NCBI GenBank assembly: GCA_000166095.1
Contig: CP002278.1
Location: 720,001-752,000 of the forward strand
Reading direction: 5' to 3'
Origin: Methanothermus fervidus DSM 2088
Lineage (GTDB): Archaea > Methanobacteriota > Methanobacteria > DSM-2088 > Methanothermaceae
DNA: 32,000 nucleotides
The translations under genes and the position numbers were made by a program. The notes beneath the pieces were generated by a model. It was not told the DNA's origin. It saw only the letters and a list, made by a program, of their open reading frames with translations, and searched no databases. This document shows, piece after piece, positions 19,285 through 27,319 of the stretch; within the stretch, counting starts at the first letter, position 1; each line of letters begins with the position of its first letter.

Positions 19285-19730
19285 AAGTCAAAAGAGATAC
19301 TCTTGTAATTTTATTTGTGGCATATCTCCTCATATTGGCTGGTAGATTCTTAAATTATGCATCTTATGCTTCATCTAAAGACTTTAGTGGGGCAGTTCCA
19401 ATTTCAGGTGTTATTGTGAAAGGTAATGATATAGTACCAACAAGCTCAATAAAAATAAATGTAGCTGCTGCTGGATTTAGACCAGGAAGTTATATTAAAG
19501 ATAACATGCTTATAACTTCAAAACGTAAAATACCACTTGATAGGGCTATAGCCAATGCAAGAGAATTTGTTAAACTGTCAACAATACCTGGTACAAAAGT
19601 CATGCCAATAGTAGATGCAGATGTAAAGGTTGATAAAAAAACAGGTATCGTAACTGTCACTGTAATTGAAGATTTTTCCTTGGCTAAGGTACAAGGGGGT
19701 GAAGAAAGATTAAAAAATTTAGATATCTAG
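19275..19730 (+). CDS. Bitopic membrane protein with POTRA-like extracytoplasmic domain (uncharacterised)
   Basis: 151 aa with a single N-terminal TM helix (TLVILFVAYLLILAGRFL). The following segment PISGVIVKGNDIVPTSSI...V..VDADVKVDKKTGIVTVTVIED resembles the POTRA beta-alpha-alpha-beta-beta spacing pattern. The ATG overlaps the Mur-ligase stop by 10 nt. Confidence 0.6.
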   Translation: MFIKVKRDTLVILFVAYLLILAGRFLNYASYASSKDFSGAVPISGVIVKGNDIVPTSSIKINVAAAGFRPGSYIKDNMLITSKRKIPLDRAIANAREFVKLSTIPGTKVMPIVDADVKVDKKTGIVTVTVIEDFSLAKVQGGEERLKNLDI

Positions 19731-19738
19731 TATTATTT

Positions 19739-20959
19739 TTGTTAATAAATTTTATGATAGGTACTGTATCTGCAACATGTAATATAATTGTAATAACTGA
19801 TCCATCAGGTAGAGATCCAAATGGAGTGGCAGGTGCTAGTTTATCTTATGCTCCTAACATGTTTCAATCAACATTCTTACTTTCTAAAGATAAAAAATTT
19901 GCAGTTTTATCAGGTGGTGAAGGAGAAGCAATTCCTAGATTGATGGCGATTGTAGAAACAATAAAAAGGTTAGAGAATGGAATGTCAGCTGCTGACGCTG
20001 CTTCTGCAGCAAATCAATACCCTGGAATAAGAGTTATGTGTGGTGGACCAGGAATAGGTGCAGCAGTTGGTGGATCATTTGACGCATACATAGTAACTGT
20101 TGAAGATGATGGAACTATAAAAATTACTCCAGTATCTGGTGGGCTAGCCGTGCTACCACCTGGAAAAAAGGGAGCTATAATTCACTTAAGAAATACACCA
20201 GGGAATCCAAAATATGGTACTGCAGATAGTGTACGTAGAGATGTAGCAATAAATGTAGGAAAAATGATTAGGGATGGATATCCAGCTACAGTAATTGTTG
20301 GGAAAGCTGTAGAAGAAGTTGCTAGAGATTCTGGAGAAAGATATGGTGGTGGTGCAGTAAACATTGCATCTGGTATAACAACTGGAGACATGTTTACTCC
20401 AGCTACATTAAACCAAACAGGATATCCACTAGATGAACCATATGTTAAACTGTGTCCACAATGTGGATGGAGTATGGGATTTCCAACAGCTGAACGTTAT
20501 GATCGATGTCCCATCTGTGGAAGTCAGTTAAAAACTATATATGCTTATCAAGCACTTACAGATACAATCACGGTCTCAAATAAAACAGTTATAGTGTCTG
20601 TGTATGGATCTGACAGTAAAGGTGTAATTGGAACTACTAAAGAAATTGTGGAGGCAGTAGTCAATAAATATGGATATGATCCTGTAAAAATTTCTGAAGC
20701 AATAAACCGTGCAATAGACAATGGATTAATTTTAGGTGTTAATTACGTTGAACCAAAAGATATTAATGTAAAACCTTCTGCAAGAGCTGTAGGTGTATAT
20801 TATACGCCTCTTCCAGATAATAGGAGTGGACCACCATGGGATTTACCCATACCTGCAGGAATTTTAGAAACTCTTGGTAATGTCCAAACTGTTTTAGGTT
20901 TTGCACTTGCATTCCTAGCATTTTTCCGAACTATAGTGGTTGGCAGAGTTAAAAAATAA
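19739..20959 (+). CDS. Uncharacterised tail-anchored protein with internal CX2CX14CX2C zinc ribbon
   Basis: 406 aa from the TTG at 19739, or 401 aa from the ATG at 19754. It is Gly/Ala/Val/Pro-rich and Lys-poor, unlike its neighbours. It has CPQCG...CPICG and a C-terminal hydrophobic helix VLGFALAFLAFFRTIVVG followed by RVKK. No family recognised. Confidence 0.7.
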   Translation: MLINFMIGTVSATCNIIVITDPSGRDPNGVAGASLSYAPNMFQSTFLLSKDKKFAVLSGGEGEAIPRLMAIVETIKRLENGMSAADAASAANQYPGIRVMCGGPGIGAAVGGSFDAYIVTVEDDGTIKITPVSGGLAVLPPGKKGAIIHLRNTPGNPKYGTADSVRRDVAINVGKMIRDGYPATVIVGKAVEEVARDSGERYGGGAVNIASGITTGDMFTPATLNQTGYPLDEPYVKLCPQCGWSMGFPTAERYDRCPICGSQLKTIYAYQALTDTITVSNKTVIVSVYGSDSKGVIGTTKEIVEAVVNKYGYDPVKISEAINRAIDNGLILGVNYVEPKDINVKPSARAVGVYYTPLPDNRSGPPWDLPIPAGILETLGNVQTVLGFALAFLAFFRTIVVGRVKK

Positions 20960-20972
20960 ACATATAAAACTT

Positions 20973-22208
20973 TTACAATCCTTTAACACTCATATCAATC
21001 ATCTTTTTTGTTTCAGCTGCCAGTTCTGGAGGTAAACCTTTTATGTCAATGCTTAAAAATCCTCTTACAATCATAGATATGGCCTCTTCTTCCGTTAAAC
21101 CGCGAGACATTAAATATAATATTTTTTCCTCGTCAATCTTACCTACAGCAGCCTCATGTGACATTTCTAAATCTGTTGCACTTCCTTCTAACTCTGGAAT
21201 CGCATGTATCATTGAATCATCAGATAATATTAACCCATGACACTCTAGGTGGCCTTTTACTCCAGGTATCCGACCTGCTAAATGACCTCTTGAATATATT
21301 TTAGATTCATCCATAGACACTGCTCTAGATATTACATTTGCACTTGATTCTTTACCTTCCAATATAACTCTTGAACCAATGTCAAGTAGCGAATTTTTCT
21401 TACCTGCCATGACAGATTGGAATATTGCCTTCGAATTTTTTCCTGTACAATATGCTGTAGGGTATGACTGTATTACGCGAACTGGACTTGTCAATATGTA
21501 ATTATTTATATATGTTCCATTGTCACCAATCACAATGCCTGTTCTTGGTCTTACTTCTACTTGTTCTGCCCAATTATGAACCATTGTAAATGTAATTTTT
21601 GCATTTTTTTTAACATAAAATTCTGAGATCCCTATATGCAATGCTGAATTAACGTCTTGTCCTGTGGCACAACCCGTAATTATGTGTAATTCAGAATTTT
21701 CTTCTGCAATAATTATATTATGAGCTGTTTGCATTATGCGTTCATCTCCAATAAATAAACATGCCTGCAGTGGAAATATTTCCTTTGATCCTGGCAATGA
21801 TCTTATAAAGTAACCCGTATATTTTTCCTCTTCTAACTCTTTCAGAGCAACATGTGCCGTATATTTATCTGTATCTGGTGCAACTGCTTTCCACATATAA
21901 TCTTTTACCCAATCATATTTTTCTAATGCTGATTTGATCCCCATTATTTCTACAGACTTAGATGGAGAAACCGAATATATTTCACTTTCATCAAGCTGTA
22001 TATAAGTACCTGCTCTCTCTTTTTCTGATGTGTCAATACCTACTTTAACTAATGTATCCCTAACTTTTTTTGGTACATCCTCTATACTTTCAATTCTTTC
22101 ATGTTCTCCAGGATCTTCTGCTAAAAATTTTTTGAGGTCTGTTTTAGGGCCATATGGTGATTCTTTATCTTTAGCTTTTTCTGCTCTCTTTTTTATGTCT
22201 CGTAACAT
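20973..22208 (-). CDS. sufB: Fe-S cluster assembly scaffold SufB/SufD-family protein
   Basis: 411 aa with SufBD beta-helix core patterns (HNIIIAEENSELHIITGCA, SRAVSMDESKIYSRGHL, HEAAVGKIDEEKILYLMSRGL.EEEA). The start overlaps the sufC stop by 16 nt. Confidence 0.85.
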   Translation of the reverse strand: MLRDIKKRAEKAKDKESPYGPKTDLKKFLAEDPGEHERIESIEDVPKKVRDTLVKVGIDTSEKERAGTYIQLDESEIYSVSPSKSVEIMGIKSALEKYDWVKDYMWKAVAPDTDKYTAHVALKELEEEKYTGYFIRSLPGSKEIFPLQACLFIGDERIMQTAHNIIIAEENSELHIITGCATGQDVNSALHIGISEFYVKKNAKITFTMVHNWAEQVEVRPRTGIVIGDNGTYINNYILTSPVRVIQSYPTAYCTGKNSKAIFQSVMAGKKNSLLDIGSRVILEGKESSANVISRAVSMDESKIYSRGHLAGRIPGVKGHLECHGLILSDDSMIHAIPELEGSATDLEMSHEAAVGKIDEEKILYLMSRGLTEEEAISMIVRGFLSIDIKGLPPELAAETKKMIDMSVKGL

Positions 22209-22969
22209 TTTTTACACCCTTCAAAGCCTTCTTTCCTTATATCTTCTAATATTTCGTCTGGACACCCTGAACAAACAATTTTTCCATCTAGAAGTACGTG
22301 CGCAATTTCAGCTTTAACAAAATTTAAAATATAACCTAAATGCGTTATAATTAAGCCTGCTTTCTTTCTTTTACTTGGTTTTTTATCTTTTTCTAAAAGT
22401 TTGTTTATCATTTCAGCCAAAATTTCAACATTTTCTATATCTACACCAGAATCTGGTTCATCTAACATTATAAATTCTGGGTTTTGTGCTAGAAGCTGCA
22501 ATATTTCAGATCTTTTCATTTCTCCTCCTGAAAATCCTAAATTTACATCTCTACTAAGGAAATCTTTATTAAATTTTAATTTTGTTGCAAATCTATATAT
22601 TTTTGGATCTAATTTTTCATCTAAAGAACAACCACTTTCTATTTTTAATAAATCAATAAGGCGCACTCCTCTTATTGCTGGTGGATTTTGAAATGCCACT
22701 CCTATTCCCATTTTAGCTCGTTCTGTAGTATTTAAATTGGTAATATCTTTGCCTTTAAACAATATTTCTCCTCTAACTACTTTATATTCTGGAAAACCAA
22801 GAATTGTTAAAAATAAAGTACTCTTTCCTGCTCCGTTTGGTCCAAGTAAAACATGAGTCTCTCCCTTACCTATATAAAGATCTACACCATTCAATATTCT
22901 TTTACCATTGACCTCTACCACAAGATCATTAATTTCGAGAAGCAATTTAGATCCTCCTATAAAATTCAT
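22193..22969 (-). CDS. sufC: Fe-S cluster assembly ATPase SufC
   Basis: 258 aa with Walker A GPNGAGKST, signature FSGGEMKR, Walker B IMLDEPDSGVD and the H-loop ITH. It has an unusual C-terminal CX2CX15CX2C tail. Confidence 0.9.
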   Translation of the reverse strand: MNFIGGSKLLLEINDLVVEVNGKRILNGVDLYIGKGETHVLLGPNGAGKSTLFLTILGFPEYKVVRGEILFKGKDITNLNTTERAKMGIGVAFQNPPAIRGVRLIDLLKIESGCSLDEKLDPKIYRFATKLKFNKDFLSRDVNLGFSGGEMKRSEILQLLAQNPEFIMLDEPDSGVDIENVEILAEMINKLLEKDKKPSKRKKAGLIITHLGYILNFVKAEIAHVLLDGKIVCSGCPDEILEDIRKEGFEGCKKCYET

Positions 22970-23460
22970 TTAAATTCATCAATCAATACCTTCTCAAATA
23001 ATTTTAGACATCTTTTTATTCCATGAGCTTGTCTTTCCAAAATTTTTTTGGGTTCTGAAAATCTTAAATCTGCATGAACACCAGAATCTGTTATTATTTC
23101 AGATTTATTTGTTACAATTGCTATACCACCTCTACCAACGCCTGCTGTAGTGCCTATCCCTATATCCGCATTAGTGATTCTTTTAATGGATTTAGCCATC
23201 TTAAGAGCCATTTTTTTGTCTGATTTTTCATTGTAAACTTTTATATCTCCTAAAACATGGTCAGGTGTCAATGGCTTAATTTTAAGAATTGTTTTTAATC
23301 CAGAAATCGTTGGAATAAACAATGCTGCAACTAAAGATATTTTATAGTCTTCTCTCTTTATACTCCAATCATAGTTGAGAGGATATCCTTGTGCAAATGC
23401 ATGTATTTCCCTGCCAATTTTTCCATGTGTGAAACATTCTGCTGTTGCTACCCTAATCAT
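22966..23460 (-). CDS. hcgF: FeGP-cofactor biosynthesis protein HcgF (guanylylpyridinol thioester-forming)
   Basis: 164 aa. The N-terminus MIRVATAECFTHGK puts a Cys at position 9, matching the reported HcgF thioester cysteine. It sits at the end of an hcgA-E-ordered cluster. Confidence 0.75.
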   Translation of the reverse strand: MIRVATAECFTHGKIGREIHAFAQGYPLNYDWSIKREDYKISLVAALFIPTISGLKTILKIKPLTPDHVLGDIKVYNEKSDKKMALKMAKSIKRITNADIGIGTTAGVGRGGIAIVTNKSEIITDSGVHADLRFSEPKKILERQAHGIKRCLKLFEKVLIDEFK

Positions 23461-24097
23461 CTAACTTCTTCCTCAAAAGTTTTAAAATATTGGCTGTAAT
23501 AACATTTGCAATTCTATCAAGGACATATGGAGTTATTGGTTCCCAATCTTTTATTAATTTACCTGTACCTACAAGAATATGATTTTTCTTAATTCCTTCA
23601 TTTCTTAAACCTAAAACTATTGGATTCTCTGGAGCATCTTCTATATTGAATACTTTAATTTCTTCTTCCCCAATTCCAAAGACACCCATTGTACTTATTG
23701 TATATGCACCTATTTCATGAGCTTTTTTTATGATTTTAGCTGTGATGGGTATGGTATTACCTCCTGCAATAGTAATACACACAACATCTCCATCTATAAT
23801 TTCTAGATTATCCTTTGACACATAACAAGGCATGGTTTCAATTTTCTTAGAACATGGTAATCTTTTTAGGAATTCTGTTTTATATTCTCCAATTTTACCT
23901 CCTAACATCCTAAATATAAAATCTTCTTCAGAAATTTTTTGACCATCTATTGCTTTTATTATTACAGGTCCGCCTCTATGTACTTCTATTAAATTTAAAG
24001 CTATTCTAATACCTAACCTACCTAACCCAACAATAGTTACTTTACCTTTTGGATTTTTAAGTTTTTCAAGCTCTGAAATATTCATAATATGTCCCAT
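23453..24097 (-). CDS. hcgE: FeGP-cofactor biosynthesis adenylyltransferase HcgE (ThiF/E1-like)
   Basis: 214 aa with the ThiF-type dinucleotide fold KVTIVGLGRLGIRIALNL. An alternative ATG at 24085 forms an ATGA overlap with the hcgD stop. The call also rests on cluster context. Confidence 0.75.
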   Translation of the reverse strand: MGHIMNISELEKLKNPKGKVTIVGLGRLGIRIALNLIEVHRGGPVIIKAIDGQKISEEDFIFRMLGGKIGEYKTEFLKRLPCSKKIETMPCYVSKDNLEIIDGDVVCITIAGGNTIPITAKIIKKAHEIGAYTISTMGVFGIGEEEIKVFNIEDAPENPIVLGLRNEGIKKNHILVGTGKLIKDWEPITPYVLDRIANVITANILKLLRKKLDD

Positions 24098-24783
24098 TTT
24101 ATTGGTTTGTCAGCTATATCTACTTCAATTCCTAAATTTGAAATAATTTTAGCAAGTTTGTATAGCCCTGGAAGTTCTGTGAAATAATGAGTGGCATCAA
24201 TTAAAGTTAAATTTAGGTGATATGCTAAAACCATTGTTTTATAAATTAAATCACCTGAGAGATAAACATCTGCATTCTTTTCATATGCTTTTTTAACAAG
24301 ACGTTCATTGCTTAAACCAAAGCCTGAAACAATTGCCACATATTCTACAATTAAATTTTTATCAAAATTAACAACTTTAACATTATCTATTGATAATTTT
24401 TCTTTGATAAGTTTTATAAATTCTGGTAAAGAAACAGCTTTTATTTTGCAAAGTCTTCCTATTCCACTATCCTCATCCAAAACATCCTTTATTTCCATAT
24501 TTAATGTTTCTGCAAGAGCATCACAAGCTCCGCCTTTTACCACATCCCAATTAGAATGTATAACATAAGCAGGTATTTCTGGCTTAGACAAAGGTGGATG
24601 ATGAAGAATCAGAAGATCATATTTGTTTAATTTTTTTGTTGGGACATAATCCATTGAAACCAAAACTTTTTTTACTTCTAAATTTTCAAGATCTTTACCA
24701 ATAAAACCAATTTTATCCCCATCAACTGCAAGATTTTTTGGAACAATTTCTTCTATTTTTTTAAATAATTCTTTGGCCTTCAT
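24082..24783 (-). CDS. hcgD: NIF3-family iron-binding protein HcgD
   Basis: 233 aa with NIF3 motifs LLILHHPP and SGDLIYK...LIDATHYFTE. It has an ATGA overlap with the hcgC stop. Confidence 0.8.
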   Translation of the reverse strand: MKAKELFKKIEEIVPKNLAVDGDKIGFIGKDLENLEVKKVLVSMDYVPTKKLNKYDLLILHHPPLSKPEIPAYVIHSNWDVVKGGACDALAETLNMEIKDVLDEDSGIGRLCKIKAVSLPEFIKLIKEKLSIDNVKVVNFDKNLIVEYVAIVSGFGLSNERLVKKAYEKNADVYLSGDLIYKTMVLAYHLNLTLIDATHYFTELPGLYKLAKIISNLGIEVDIADKPIKWDIL

Positions 24784-25544
24784 TTTATCTCAATAACTTT
24801 AGATTTTATTTTTTTAATAAATTTTTCAATTACTTTATCGCAAGATACTGGCCTCAAAGAAGACACAATAAGCGCATGTTTTTTTAATTTTTTCATGAAT
24901 TTGGTGAAGTTATTTTCTTTAAATAACATTCCCTCATAAAATTCAAATGGTGACATGCAATAAAGTACGCCTTCAACATCAAAAAAATAATTCATAACAT
25001 TTTTTAAAACCTCAATTGTGAGTGTCATTGTTCCAGAAGTTTTACTTTGTAGTCCATAAGTATAAAGAAAAGCCTTGTATTTGGCATTGATACTATCTAT
25101 CAATCTTTTTTTACTGCCGATTTTTCTTATTGTTTTATCACTTCCGTCTGATCGTGGATCCTCAATTATAAATGCTTTTGTATAAAATTTATTTAGATTT
25201 TCTATGCCACCAATACCAGTAGTGTCTATAATTAGATCCCATTTCTTCCTTAATCCATCTAAACCAATCTTAAATTCTATATTTTTTTCTACTAAATTTA
25301 TAACCTGAGGATGGATATCAACTAAAGTAATCTCTGTATTTAAATTATTGGCTAAAAAAGAACCAGTAATGTATCCACCAATTATCAGACAATTTTTTGG
25401 TTTTAATTTTTTTTCTTTGAGCCACTTTATCACTGCTTTAGTTTTAACTTCACCAATATATTTTATTATATCATGAAATGTGTATTCAGAATAATATGTT
25501 TTTACTGTTGGTGTTATACCATTTTCAACTTTCATGTTTTTCAT
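24780..25544 (-). CDS. hcgC: SAM-dependent pyridinol methyltransferase HcgC
   Basis: 254 aa. A Rossmann-like NCLIIGGYITGSFLA...ITLVDIHP, together with size and position between hcgB and hcgD, fits HcgC. Confidence 0.7.
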   Translation of the reverse strand: MKNMKVENGITPTVKTYYSEYTFHDIIKYIGEVKTKAVIKWLKEKKLKPKNCLIIGGYITGSFLANNLNTEITLVDIHPQVINLVEKNIEFKIGLDGLRKKWDLIIDTTGIGGIENLNKFYTKAFIIEDPRSDGSDKTIRKIGSKKRLIDSINAKYKAFLYTYGLQSKTSGTMTLTIEVLKNVMNYFFDVEGVLYCMSPFEFYEGMLFKENNFTKFMKKLKKHALIVSSLRPVSCDKVIEKFIKKIKSKVIEIK

Positions 25545-26016
25545 TGAGTCCTATTCTTTTTAATGCAGTAGTCATTTCATCTTTTACAGCTTTTTCAACA
25601 CTTTTTTTGTGAATTATATGTGGTGGAGATAACGCTGCACTTAATATTCTACCTTTTGAATCCATGATAACTAACATTGAACCTGAACCAGGAACACCAA
25701 GCCTTCCTCTAGCAATAACTAAATCGCAGTCAACGATATCTAATGCCATTAATGCTTTACTTATTGCTGGTGTTCTATTTAGATCACATGCATCTGTGTA
25801 GAATTTAAGATGTTTTGCTTTTTGAATTCCAAATTTCTCTAATACTTCATTTATAGCTTTTACTTTCTCTTTTGTTTTATTTGGAACAACTATATTTTTT
25901 GCATTAAGAATATATTTTTGAATTTCCTTTACTTCTTTAATTTTATCTCCCTGTCTCCTGCCTTCCACAGATTCAACATATGCTTTTTTTATTAATTTTT
26001 CCATAGTCATGCGCAT
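25525..26016 (-). CDS. hcgB: Pyridinol guanylyltransferase HcgB
   Basis: About 160 aa. The size and position immediately after hcgA fit HcgB. Alternative starts are 26010 (ATGA overlap with the hcgA stop) and 26004. The assignment rests mostly on synteny. Confidence 0.65.
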   Translation of the reverse strand: MRMTMEKLIKKAYVESVEGRRQGDKIKEVKEIQKYILNAKNIVVPNKTKEKVKAINEVLEKFGIQKAKHLKFYTDACDLNRTPAISKALMALDIVDCDLVIARGRLGVPGSGSMLVIMDSKGRILSAALSPPHIIHKKSVEKAVKDEMTTALKRIGLNEKHES

Positions 26017-27026
26017 CTAACATGTAACTTCAGTTCAGGTTTTAAATGTAATTCTTTAATAACACGTATTACGTCATCTAAATTTCCAACCTCTGGTGAT
26101 CCTACACCTTTAACATCATGAGGATAGTTATTGGGGATAACTGTGGCTAAATTGTCAGCACCTGCCATAAGTGAATATTTAACATTTTCTGGTCCGATAG
26201 TAGGAGTAGGTACAGTTATTCTTATTTCCGGGTACATCAACCTAGTTATCGCAATAGTTTTCATTTGTTCATGTAAAGGACAAGGAGGATGATTTTCCAT
26301 AGGTGTTCCTTTATATGGATTGAAACCCATGATTGGTATTTCTCCTAAAGTTTTAAAGGTTTTTAAAAATTTTAAATGCATTAACCTATCATAATATGAT
26401 TCACCAATGCCTATCAATAATCCTGAAGAAAGTTCAATATTGGCTTCTGATACTAGTTTACATACTTTAATTCTATCCTCAAGGTTTTCACCAGGCTTTA
26501 AATCTTTAAATAACTTCCTGTTTATAGTTTCCAAATTACAACAAATAGTGTCGGTATCATATTTTTTCAATTTTAAAATTGTTTCCTTATTAAGATCTGA
26601 ACCAACATTTATCAATAATTCAAGTGACGTGTTTTCCTTGACAATTTTGGCTGCCTTGACAGCCTGGGAACCACCATAACCATGTGCACCTGAACAGCTA
26701 ACTCTTGGAATTCCTGATTTCTCTATTTTTTTTGCTGCTTCCAATATTTCATCATCAGTTTTATGAAATGGATGATAATAACCTTCTGGTGAAGTTCCTG
26801 CAGCGAAACCACAATATTTACATTTTGGAGAAATCTGACATATATTTGTGATGTGAATTGTTGAAGTTAATTTGATTGAATCCTTATATCTATCTCTAAG
26901 CTCAGAAGCAGTGTACATCAGTTCCTTGAAATCATTAGAATTCTTAATTTTAAACAATTTTAAAATTTCACAATCACTCAATTTTTTTTCTTTTAAAGCT
27001 TTTTTTAAAATGCTCTTAATCATCAT
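26007..27026 (-). CDS. hcgA: Radical SAM enzyme HcgA (BioB/HydE-like) of FeGP-cofactor biosynthesis
   Basis: 339 aa. The cluster-binding motif is CQISPKCKYC, which is CX5CX2C. This is the non-canonical spacing reported for HcgA/HmdB, not the usual CX3CX2C. The rest is a BioB-like TIM barrel. Confidence 0.85.
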   Translation of the reverse strand: MMIKSILKKALKEKKLSDCEILKLFKIKNSNDFKELMYTASELRDRYKDSIKLTSTIHITNICQISPKCKYCGFAAGTSPEGYYHPFHKTDDEILEAAKKIEKSGIPRVSCSGAHGYGGSQAVKAAKIVKENTSLELLINVGSDLNKETILKLKKYDTDTICCNLETINRKLFKDLKPGENLEDRIKVCKLVSEANIELSSGLLIGIGESYYDRLMHLKFLKTFKTLGEIPIMGFNPYKGTPMENHPPCPLHEQMKTIAITRLMYPEIRITVPTPTIGPENVKYSLMAGADNLATVIPNNYPHDVKGVGSPEVGNLDDVIRVIKELHLKPELKLHVRCA

Positions 27027-27049
27027 CTTAGCATCACGGCTTTAAAAAA

Positions 27050-27319
27050 TTATTCTGTTATTATTATGAATTCACCGACTTTTTCGACCCTGTGGAATGG
27101 AATGTAAAGATAATCTCCCCTTCTTTTTGCCCCTCTCAAATTTACGTTCTTTTTATCTTTTTCAACTTTAACAACAATGTCTGTTATTTTACCGGTTTTA
27201 TCATTTATTATAATTTCTTCAAGGTCTCCAAGAATTCGAGCATTATTTGTGGCTACTCTATAGCCCCTAATTTCACTCCAAATTTTTTCTTCACTTTTAA
27301 TTTTTGTTTTTTCCACCAT
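27050..27319 (-). CDS. Stand-alone PRC-barrel domain protein
   Basis: 89 aa from the ATG at 27319, with a GGTGG RBS 5 nt upstream. The track start at 27349 is a TTG inside cobY. The PRC-barrel pattern is IRGYRVATNNARILGDLEEIIINDKTGKITDIVVKV...YIPFHRVEKVGEFIII. Confidence 0.75.
   Translation of the reverse strand: MVEKTKIKSEEKIWSEIRGYRVATNNARILGDLEEIIINDKTGKITDIVVKVEKDKKNVNLRGAKRRGDYLYIPFHRVEKVGEFIIITE

Noticed and set aside
19754-19830. N-terminal ATCNIIVITD...NGVAGAS as an Ntn-hydrolase nucleophile strand
   Set aside because: The resemblance to the Thr/Cys-first strands of Ntn hydrolases rests on a handful of residues. I could not identify any other Ntn-fold landmarks by eye, so this is too weak to call.
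20860-20959. C-terminus of the 406-aa protein as a bona fide LPXTG-type sortase or PGF-CTERM archaeosortase signal
   Set aside because: The motif + TM + basic-tail layout is suggestive. However, the motif is LETLG / LGF rather than LPXTG / PGF. The protein also lacks a recognisable N-terminal signal peptide and contains a zinc ribbon, which argues for a cytoplasmic location. I keep it only as a caveat in the corresponding finding.
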